The notes under the pieces are model-generated. The model searched no databases. It saw only the letters and a list, made by a program, of their open reading frames with translations, and had not been told where the DNA came from. From the NCBI GenBank assembly GCA_001687465.1, contig LVLI01000336.1, positions 62,001 to 126,000 of the forward strand: DNA of 64,000 nt, given 5' to 3'. This document shows positions 1 to 10,356 of the stretch, in pieces. This DNA is from Halocafeteria seosinensis. Lineage: Eukaryota. Made by a program: the position numbers and the translations under genes. Positions within the stretch are counted from its first letter, which is position 1, and each line of letters opens with the position of its first letter.

Positions 1-876
1 TTTAACGTCAGCAATGTACTTGTTCTCTGGAAACGGTAAAAATGTATAAATCAATCATGCTGTTCTGATGACGACACTGTGCACATAGGAAGACGAACCT
101 GTGAGAAGTAAATTTTCTGGTTTTAGATCGCGATGAACGATGCCTCTACTGTGTAAATATGCAAGTCCTGAGGCAACTTGCTGAAAGATTGCACGAGCGT
201 GGGCTTCAGGGAATCTTGTGCGGTTGACAAGCTGGCAGAAAATTTCCCCTCCACGCATACTGCGTTTAAAGAGCAAATGATAGTTTCTTCACAATAAAAT
301 GACATACTTCTAGTGTCGTTACTTACAGTTCTAACACGAACGATACACTCTTCGAAGTCTTATAAGTCCCAAAGTAACTGACGACATGGGGATGAGATTT
401 AATGTGCTCCATCACATTATTTTCCCGATTAATCGAAGTCGCCTTAGCTTTAAACCTGGGAACATCCATTAACACATGATAGAAAAGGGGAAAGAGAAAC
501 GTTGCATACAAGACAAGAAGCACTTACCTCGAAATGTCCTTGACAGCAACTTCTTTACCCGTCCGTTTCTCACGACCCATATATACGGTGGCGAATGAGC
601 CACTGCAGTCCAGAACAAGGTTGCAAACTAAACATTGGCTCCCAGACCCAAATCCTCGAACTTACTCTCCTAGATGGCAGAGGATGTCATAATCCCTCTC
701 GACGCCCTTCTTTGTGCACTGTATGAACAAGTCCGCAACGCAGCTGATGTTCAACCAGGAGTGGCGCCGTGTTATTGCATCCTACTTACAGGGATATGCT
801 GGACAGGTTCTTCGTCCGTATAATGCGAAACACGATTGACGTCATTTCCGATTAGAGTGGAGGCCTTGCAACCCAT
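1..876 (-). CDS. CaMK-group Ser/Thr protein kinase, 5' part (multi-exon, runs off the window start)
   Basis: Starts MGCKAST at ATG 876. Spliced exons encode [26 protein letters not shown] and [24 protein letters not shown] donor at 789. Confidence 0.9.
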
Positions 877-1487
877 TGTTAAGGGATATTGGCCGTCCAA
901 AGAATTGCTAGCGACCTGTCCCTTCCGGCTTTCGATTCCTCGCAGTCTATTCACTAACCACAGCTTCTTCCCCGGAAGTTCCGCATCATGGGCTTTCTAA
1001 CTTATTATATCTCGGTATGAGGACGTTTCATACGATTATGGGGGCTCGTTTGGAGGGTATCAAAGAGCGTAAAAAACGAGAGGCAGTCCAGGCATAACCG
1101 TCGTCGGTCAGAACAGCGTCGCTCAAAAACGTGGTTGTCCACCTTCCTTGATAGTAGATAGGCTCTCGAATTACCGTAATTTACTTATTGCGCTTCATGC
1201 ACTATCAACTCTGTCAAACAAAATGAACATGACGATAAAGCGCTGGTCGCAGTGACCGTCGCAAGCTAGGTTTCACCAACTGTTTCATCCGGTAATTCGC
1301 CGGCTCTTTCATGCAGCAACAACTCCGGAATTGACTCATTTAGTCAAGGAATGAGTCAAAGTAAGATGTACGGACGTTGCGCAAGAAGATATCCCTTGGA
1401 GCGTGGAGATCACCGGCAAAAGCTCGCTCTACTTTCAATTACAGGGCGCAGACATTGATAATTGGATGTGGGTAGTTTGCGTCACCA

Positions 1488-1620
1488 TTGTTCTCTTGGT
1501 TCGGGAAGTTGGGACATGGCAACCAGTACATTACAAAAATCCCATGTGAGATTAACGAGCAAGCTGAACAGTCTGCCATAGGGTCGATACGTGCAGGCAT
1601 CTTTAGTCAGACTTCGCTCC
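1488..1620 (+). pseudogene. Isolated degenerate RCC1-like repeat fragment
   Basis: LFSWFGKLGHGNQYITKIPCEI...IGSIRAG resembles one RCC1 repeat (W-G..G.LG.G.......P..I). There is a stop just upstream and no ATG-led gene. Confidence 0.3.
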
Positions 1621-2220
1621 TGGCTTCACTTCTTCACTACGCCGACTACCCGGTAATCGTTTCCATATGCATCTCGGCCCTTCAACGGTTCAAAAACAGC
1701 ACATGGAGTGAATTATTACGCCTATCAATCTTTGGTTGAAAACTACAGATTCTTGTCTACTTCTCATGCAAATCGAATTGCTACGTATCCACCGGCCCAA
1801 TGTGCAATTTCCCATAGCATGGCCTGGGAGTCTTTTTTAAGTCGCATGGCGACATGGTAAAGTTCGTGTGGAGGGGTTTCGAGACTTTTCGAGGCTAGAG
1901 GCTCTTCATTAGCTCCTTAACTACATGATACAGCCTGCATCGGATTGCAGGGCAACCTGACAGACTGGGGGCAGTTGCCGGTCGGTATCTTCCTCCTGCT
2001 ACACTCGCTCTTCCCACGGTTAACTGCGCCTACACAGACAATGCCTGCTGCCTGCAGCAGTACCTAATCGCAGTCGTCTCAGCTTGTGCTATTGAGTAAC
2101 CAGCACTTAAGCGGTCTCGGCTCCCGAAACCGGCAGGTTTGACCACAATCGCAAACTTTGTACTTGAAAGTCTTAGCATAGCGTGATATGAACAGTACAA
2201 GTACAGTAGGTATATTTGGT

Positions 2221-2236
2221 ATATATATATATATAT
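2221..2236. repeat. (AT)8 microsatellite
   Basis: atatatatatatatat read directly. Confidence 0.9.
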
Positions 2237-2921
2237 TATATGACGCCTTGAGAGATTGTACTTGGCTCGTGCTGTTTGCTCAGACAGCTCAGAGCCTCAG
2301 CTGCTCTTAACACGGGCGCATACCGCTCCTCGTTAAGAGGATGCGGTCAACTTCCCGGCCGGTGGGCTATCTGTCACATTTGTGTGTGTGTGTCAGCTGC
2401 TCAGCCAAAGTTCCTGGCGACTGGCCCAAATCCCGTAGTGTCTCGCCACTCTCTCGTGAGAAAACGTGGAGCTCCCTCCTATGCTGTGGGCCTAAGGAAG
2501 AGATCTCCATCGCTATTGTGGTTAGAGTTTCTCGTTATATGTACAGTAGTTGCACTTCAGTTGTTTTGAAACGTGCTCTACTGACGCAAATATTCACCCA
2601 CACTACGGGTATCCAAATATGCTTTGCGTAATGCCACTATTATCCCTGGTTCGTACCCAATTCTATGGGCTTCCAGAACTTCCGTTCAACGAGTCGGCCA
2701 AGATATGATTGCCCGACGGCGTTGGTCATCAAAGAAGTCGCATCGGAGCGCGGGCCTTGTTTATTGTGTTATTCTGTTTTGTATTGTTGCTCCACGTTTA
2801 AGTAATCATACGTACTCCATCGCTAGTTTACAAAGTAGTTGTGCATACTCCGTCCACTCAAAGGGGGTGGTATCGCGATTTCCGTGGCAGCGATGATTGT
2901 GTTGCTTCACTAAGCTCTCCG

Positions 2922-4254
2922 ATGGTTTTACTGGCCCTTTTTGCGGTTGCAGAGGCTACCGACGATTTACCCATTAAGCCTGTGGCACAGACGATGCTAT
3001 TTTCGCTGTCCGTAGGTGCTATTTTGGCGGTGTTGGTGCTCATTATCGCGCATTGTCTGTACCGGAGCTGCCCCAAGGATGGGCAGCCGTATTTACTGCC
3101 AAATGGCATGTTTGTGCGTTCCCTGTCCCACCTGGAGACTGCCTTCTTGTATGACGAAATTTTTGTCAAAAATACCTACGGAAAATGTAAGTGAACTTTG
3201 ATGGATTTCTGACGAGGAAGGATTCGTCATAGTGAGGCTGTTCCCGCAGGTGGAATCACTTTAAAACGCGGGGACACAATTGTGGACGCTGGAGCTAATA
3301 TTGGCATGTTTTCAATGTGGGCAATCCGGAAATGCGGAGGTGCAGCAAACATACATGCATTTGAACCTATCCCGACTACGTACGAGGTATTGGAATCGAA
3401 TGCGAAGAATTATGGACACGGAAGAATTCACACGTAAGATCCTCGGTGTTACAACTGAACCAATCTAGCTGGCCTTCCACGAAATATTGTCTTAATCGCC
3501 ATATGCAGATATAATCACGGTCTAAACGACAAAGAAGAAGACGTGGTATTTGAGCACCATCCGAACATTTCAATCTGGTCTACTAGCAGCGCAGAGCTGG
3601 CTGTTGGCCGAATCGACAGGGTCACCAAGGAGCTCGTGACGTCGCTGTATCACAATAAACCCTTTCTGCGCTTCATTCCGCTTTGGGTCACTATGAAACT
3701 AATGCAATATATTATGCAATACTACTCGAAGATTCAAAAGGTACCTTGCAAGCTGAAGAAATTGGGAGACGTAATTGAAGAACAGTCTATCGAACGAATC
3801 GATCTGTTGAAAGTAAGTCACAACGTATCGCAGTCCCTCTCTCCCCTGATTTTAGTTTGGCTGCTTGTTCTGAATAGGCTGACGTAGAAGGCGCCGAATT
3901 CGCTGTCTTAAAGGGCGTCTATGACCATCAATGGCCCATCGTTCAACAGGTGCGTGCTATGTAACTCGAATATTTCTCCGTTACCAGGGTTTCTTAAACA
4001 AGGACCTGCAGGTAGCGCTAGAGTTGGAAAGCCACAAAGATGTTCACGCCGTCAGAGACTTCCTACGCTCCAAAGGCTTCCACGTTTATTGGACCAATAC
4101 CCCCAGCTTGTCGGGGAACGAACCATCGGAACTGTCAACGCTATACGCCCGCCGAGAGCTATGCACAGAGTTGTCTCCAGATGAGGGGGGTTACTTAATG
4201 GTCGATAATGTATCCGAGAACGAAACAGATGAAGAATCAAAAAAGCAACAGTAG
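2922..4254 (+). CDS. FkbM-family SAM-dependent methyltransferase with N-terminal hydrophobic anchor (5 exons)
   Basis: Spliced product LPNGM..ETAFLYDEIF..GITLKRGDTIVDAGANIGMF..HAFEPIP..IDLLKADVEGAE. Four GT-AG introns restore the frame. Confidence 0.88.
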
Positions 4255-4422
4255 TTGCAGAAGCAGGCGTGAGTTTCTAACCCGTATAACCGCGTTCCAC
4301 CTCTCCAACTATACCGTGCCTGCTTCGTCAAAATAAACAAGTCTAGTAAGAATACCAATAGCAATTCTAGTACGACACAACGCTTTTGAACACCACCAAT
4401 TTTCCTTGCTGACAAACCGGTA

Positions 4423-5932
4423 TCAAACGGGAAGAACGTGGCCCTTGTCAACGGACTTTGATTTGAAAAAGATCCTAAGAAGCCAGGAACCCACAGAGGG
4501 TACATCCGTTCCGGATTTGCTCAACGAATGCAGATATATTCCCAGAGAAACAAGTAGAATCCCTATGATATGCCTTATAATAATGAGCTTGGGAAACAGG
4601 ATGTAGGACATGGCAATAGAGCCGGCCTTTCGCATAGACGTAGCGAACACAGTCTGTGCGGCACCAAAATGCTTAATCATAGCCAAAACAAACCACACTC
4701 CGGCGTAATTCGCAATTCCATATATTCCAAGAGATATAGCTAATCCTGGGGTCGCAGCTGCTTGCCTGCAGTTGGGGAGATGTTACTGAACGCACGAGGC
4801 TAGTATCGCGGGGATCTCTTTCGATCCGTACCTGAGACTATCAAACGCTGTCGCGCCTTGGAATACTACCATGAGGAACACATTCGTGCCTACGCTGAAT
4901 AGAGCCGGCCATGCACTTGCTTCCAGGAACGAACATCCGAATCGTTTGAAAACAAATTCTTGATAGTTGCCTGCAGCTTTGAATGACAAACTCAGGAAAT
5001 ACGAAATCAGACGCAAAAGATTACATACCGATGAATGCGTCAGCAAAAAGAGCTAAACTTATAATCAAGACCCCTAGTGGATGAAAATTTGGGGAAGTTT
5101 CAGCATCAGCGAGAACGAAGATTGTTAATCCAACAGAGAGTAGTACCGCGGCAGCATATTGGAGCTGTGGGTACCGTTGTTTATACAATGCAGTTCCAAT
5201 TATCATCTGCAGAATCCAAGAAGGAGAATAAAAACCCAATAAAATGAGAATAAGTCCTCGCTTAGATGCTTACGACGGGAATGATTTTGCTGCTCTTGAA
5301 GATTACTTGAGTAACATAATTGAGATAGAGTAAAGCCCAATTCGAAAACTCTGCGGGGTCAAGGGCAGCAGAATCCCCCATACCAGTAATCATGCAATGT
5401 AGCGAGCTTAAATATCGTGCAACACTCACGTATTGTCAGTAAGCTAAGAATGCCGACAACAGCATGCTGACGTAGTGGTGCTTTGTTTTCTTTAAATCCT
5501 CCTTGCAAGAATCCAATGACTGCTATGGAAAACGGTATTGACGTTCCCAGGATAAGCGTATTCCTGAAGCCGAATTCTTCGACAATATATTGCTGAGCCA
5601 CTCCGGCACTTCCATGACACACCATAACCCCCAACCAACATAAAACAGCTTGCCTGTGTACCATGGCACCCCCAAATCAAATTGACCCAGAAACAGCTAT
5701 GCAGCGTTACCAACAAAAGCACTCACATCCATGGCGGGAATCGTCCAAAATCGATTCCAAACAAAATAAACGGTGTTTCTTTCTGCTCATCCCCATTCAA
5801 AGCTCTCTGTTCTGCATGATTGGCGCTAACATGTCCATTACTGTCGTGATGCGCCGATGAAGATACGCTTTCAGGTTCATACAGCTCCTGCTGCACCTGC
5901 TCCTGTTTGTGTATATGACGCTTTCGGTCCAT
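4423..5932 (-). CDS. SLC35B3: PAPS transporter 2-like, UAA nucleotide-sugar transporter family (multi-exon)
   Basis: Multi-TM exons with ADAETSPNFHPLGV..SLALFADAFIGNYQE, LAMIKHFGAA..TSMRKA.SI..SYILFPK and VIFKSSKIIP. Confidence 0.85.
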
Positions 5933-6514
5933 GACAAATATTCCCCTACTGAATGGACAAATTTTCTACCTAAAACACTACCAAATCGCCTTTATAACAG
6001 TGGACTAACTCAGCAAGACCCCGTGCAACTTCACAAAGTACCATGAACTATCTGCTACCAGCTGTGGACTACAGAGAAGTGGCCTAGCAAAAGCTGTGTG
6101 ATAAAAAGAGAATGTTGTCAGATTTTCTCTTGTTCTTTGCTTGGATAGCCGACTCTAAGTTGTACTTGCTTATCGAGCTTTCAATAATTCTCGTCGGAGA
6201 AACGACATGTAGTTTTGAGTAAAGTGCCATGCTGGTTTGCTAGTACAGGAAGGACCCAGACGAGACTCTTCGTATGCTGCGTCAGCATAGCGCATTTGCT
6301 GTACGGGCATGCATCAGCCGATTAATCGAGTGCCCACATGACTATCCCAGAGTCTGGACAAGGCACGATTCCAAAAATTGTTGACGAGGTCAAAGAACCG
6401 CGACAACGTGCCAAAGTCGCTTCCCAAAGAGCGACGAACCTGTCGTTCTGTATAACAAAGTTTAATCATCTTTTCAGAATTCCACCACGAAGAGGCGGCT
6501 TCGCGTGTCGAAGT

Positions 6515-7392
6515 TCATTTAGGTTCATCGGTCGTGGTTAGCCATTTGTCGATTCTCTCCAAGATGACGGACGCAATATTCCCTGAGCTCTGCTCACTTA
6601 GACCATCATTCACTATAGCCCTTGCTTTTGAACATAATACCAAGATAAACAGCCCATCCCCAAGCGATCTCATATACGGCACGCGTCGAAAAACAATTAA
6701 TTGCGAAGCTCCACGGCCAAGGCTCTGAGCAACTACTTTAGTACTATCCATCTGCGAAGTAATCGTACAATACTTTTCAGTGGCAAGATAAAGCGCCGTA
6801 TTCCCTTCCTCTTTCTCGCTCCCTTCTAGTACTTCTTGGGTTCGGTTGTTGCCAGAAATGTCTACGTTTTTGCGTACCAACCATCGCTCTAGAACTTCCT
6901 CATTTGATGCTCCCACATCAGTCCGATCAGAAACTTCGTTGGCATCACTATACTTATGCCGATGCAGGGAATCCGAAAGATTGGATACCAAGCTTCCACA
7001 GTCACTATTCACCACCTGATCGGCGCTTTTGAGAATGTTGACCCACCTCCTCAACTGGTTCTTCGGGTAGTCCTCCTGAACGTAGAATGCAATAGCTCCG
7101 TCTCATCTGTCTACAAGTTGGCAATATACGCGTACTATATCACATACCTCATGCTCCCATATGCAGCCAAATGTCGCAGTTTTGCAGCCTCTTCCATCCA
7201 CCACTGCCGCCCCTTGGACACATGCCTCACCTGCGATCATATCACAATTCAAACGCATATGATGCCGTCTACCTCTTGCCAGTGCCCTTGCTCTTTGTTT
7301 GGGGTTAACTACACCTCATACACACCTGTACGCTTAAGAGAGACCATCTGTAAAGCTTGCCATAACGAGTTCCACGCTGGGGATCCCTCCAT
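6515..7392 (-). CDS. Putative divergent profilin-like protein, 236 aa (exons 7392-7326, 7230-7148, 7075-6515)
   Basis: Two canonical GT-AG introns join three exons in phase. The N-terminal W-rich helix, GAAVVDGRG, ALYLATEKYCTI and C-terminal ..VILERIDKWL resemble profilin elements. Confidence 0.5.
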
Positions 7393-7840
7393 CTCCCCTT
7401 TTACCGTTCGCTTTCCATTCTCAGACGCACTCGGACAAATATACAGATAGACTGATAGAAAATAGTCAATACGCCATTGGGGCAGTATATTGCCTGTAAA
7501 GTCCAATAATGCGCTGTTAGCACCAACTTCACAAATCTTGTGATGTTGTCTCTATAATGACATTCTATCAGCACCATACGGCCTGAGAGTTGATAGAAGA
7601 GTGTTTTGACGAAGCATGTGAAGCTTTACTGGAGGAATGGAACGCAAGAAATAGGAAGAGAGCCAAAGCGGAACTTTGCTTCCTCCGTCGCAAACCTGCG
7701 TTTTATTTGGTTAGCGTGTGCGTGTCGGCTACAATTGTTTGTACTAAGCGAACGTTTTGGTTTATACAGCCGTACGCTTGACTTGGGAAAAATGCGAAAA
7801 CTTCTGCTAGTGTATATGGTGCATGGTATACCGCTAAACA

Positions 7841-10356
7841 ATGCAAACGGAGTACGTAGAGGATGCATTGATCGCTTTCCACGAAGCAGTAGAGCAATTC
7901 CAAAAAGGCAAAGTTCAAGACTCTATCCCGTGGTGGAATCGGGCAATACAGCTGGACCCGCAGTATGCTGATGCGTATCATAACAAAGGGATTGCTCTTT
8001 GTAACCTGGGTCGATACCAAGAGGCTTTGGAAGCCTCTGATAGAGCCCTTGAGATTAATCCACTAAACGCGGATGGGTATTTTATGAAAGGAAACTGCCT
8101 TGGGGAGATGGATCGACATCCAGACGCCTTAGAATGTTACAACAAAGCCATACAAATCGATCCGCAGTGTGCGGATGCGTATCTTAATAGAGGAACGTCC
8201 CTTGCCAGACTTGGTCGAAATCACGAGGCCTTGGAAAGCTATGACAACGCCCTAGAGATTTATCCACAGAATGCTGACGTGTATTTCAACAAAGGTAACT
8301 GCCTTCGTCATATCGGCAGACATCTAGAGACCTTGGAATGCTATGACAAAGCCATCGAGATAGACCCACAAAAGCATGTTGTATACCGCAACAAAGCAAT
8401 TTGCCTCGGTAACCTGGATCGAAATCAAGAGGCGTTAATATGCTATGACAAAGTCCTACAAATTAATCCCCAGGCTGCTGAGCTCAGTGAGGTGTATTCT
8501 GGTAGAGGAAACTGCCTTCGTGAGAGTGGCAGGTATCAAAGGCTTTGGAGTCTTACGACCAAGCCCTACAAGTCAATCCGCAGTGTGCGGATGCGTATCT
8601 TAACAGAGGGACATCCCTTGCGAGAGTTGATCGAAACCAAGAAGCCTTAGAATGTTATGATAAATCCCTAGAGAGTAGTCCACTAAATCCGGATTTGCAT
8701 TTCAATAGAGGGAACTGCCTTCGTCATATCGGTAGACATCTAGAGGCCTTGGAAAGCTATGGCAAAGCCATCGAGATCGATCCACGAAAGTATTTTGTGT
8801 ATCATAACAAAGCGCTTTGCCTCGGTGACCTTGGTCGACATCAAGAGGCTTTGGAATGCTTTGACAAAGCCTTAGAGATTAATACACAGGCTGCCGAAGT
8901 GCATTTTGGCAAAGGAGACAGCCTCCGACAGATTGATCGGCATCTTGACGCCCTGGACTGTTACGACAAAACCCTACAAATCAATCCGCAGGATGCTGAG
9001 GCATATCTTAACAAAGGGACTTCCCTTGCAAACCTTGGTCGAGATCAAGAGTCCTTTGCATTCTATGACAAAGTCCTAGAAATTAATCCACAGGCTGCTG
9101 AGGCTAATTTTGGCAAAGGGAACTGCCTTTGTCAGATCGATAGACATTTAGAGGCCTTAGAATACTATGACAAGGCGATTGACATTAATCCCGCAATGCA
9201 CTTGGCGTACCATAACAAAGCGATTTGCCTCGCGAATCTCCGTCGACACCATGAAGCCTTGGAATGCTATGACAAAGCCCTAGAGATTTGTCCCCGAAAT
9301 TCAGACGGGTACTTTAACAAAGGGAACTGTCTTGTTCAGGTTGATCGCCACCTAGAGGCGTTAGAATATTATTACAGGGCCCTACAAATCAATCCGCAGT
9401 ATTCTGAGGCGTATCTTAACAAAATGACCTGCTTTGCTACACTTGGTCGAAATCAAGAGGCGTTGGAATGTTGTGATAGAGCCCTAGAAATTGATCCACT
9501 AAATCCGGATGGACATCAGAACAAAGGGGCTTTCCTATCGATGTTTGGTCGATATCAGGAGGCCTTAGGATGTTACGATCAAGCGCTACGAAATAATCCA
9601 CAGGATCCTGTGTTGTATTATGTCAAAGCGCTCTCCCTCAATAGCCTTGGTCGAAACGAGGAAGCCATAGAAACCTACGACAAAGCCGTGGAGATCAATC
9701 CACAGGGTACTGATATGTATAATAACAAAGGTGTTTCCCTTCACATCCTTGGTCGCTACCAGGAGGCCTTGCAATGCTTTAAGAACACCCTACACATCGA
9801 TCCTGATGATCACATTGCGTATTATAACATGGGAGAGTCCCTTCATAGCCTGGGTCGACCCAAGGAGGCCTTAGAATGTTATGCCAAGGCCTTGCAGTTT
9901 AAGACGGAACAACCGTTTTATTGGATAAGCAAAGCAGTTGCCCTAATCAGCCTCGGCCGAAGACAGCAAGCAGCCGATGCATTCCAAGAAGCGTACCAGT
10001 TGGTTGACGAAGGCAACTTCGGAACAGATGAAGATGAGGACCACATTAATGAAATACTTAAACATGACGGGAGAAGACTCTTAGAGAAAGCGTCTAAGTT
10101 GGCGAAAAGGGAAAATCTTTCTCCGCATGAATGCAAAGAAGCCAGCGACATTCTCCACAATGTTGGTGAAGTATTTCGTAAACTTTCGGATTTTGCCAAA
10201 TCGGAGGATGATGGGGACGCAATTGCATCAATTATTCGCCAGATAAATGCTCTTGACGGAAACAATAGAGAGGCAACGGTCGGAACATCCCAGACTGAAC
10301 ATGGTGGTGATAGTAGATCAAGAACATCCCGAGCTTCTGACCAGACGTCGGATTGA
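7841..10356 (+). CDS. Intronless TPR-repeat protein (~21 repeats) interrupted by a 1-bp frameshift near 8540; possible pseudogene or sequence error
   Basis: ORFs 7841-8650 and 8545-10356 both consist of 34-aa TPR units (AY.NKG..L..LGR..EALECYDKALEI.P). CAAAGGCTTTGG at 8537 lacks the G of the consensus CAA-GAG-GCT-TTG. Confidence 0.9.
7967..10020 (+). repeat. Tandem 102-bp TPR-coding repeat array with 4-unit higher-order period
   Basis: CAGTGTGCGGATGCGTATCTTAA occurs at 8165 and 8581, a spacing of 416 = 4x102 + 9 - 1. Confidence 0.85.

Noticed and set aside
6071..6090. ACAGAGAAG as a U6 snRNA core
   Set aside because: The flanking sequence does not match U6 (no ATTAGCATGGCCCCTGC).
7967..10020. 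Regular repeats as a CRISPR-like array
   Set aside because: They are degenerate 102-bp protein-coding units with no repeat-spacer structure and no cas genes.
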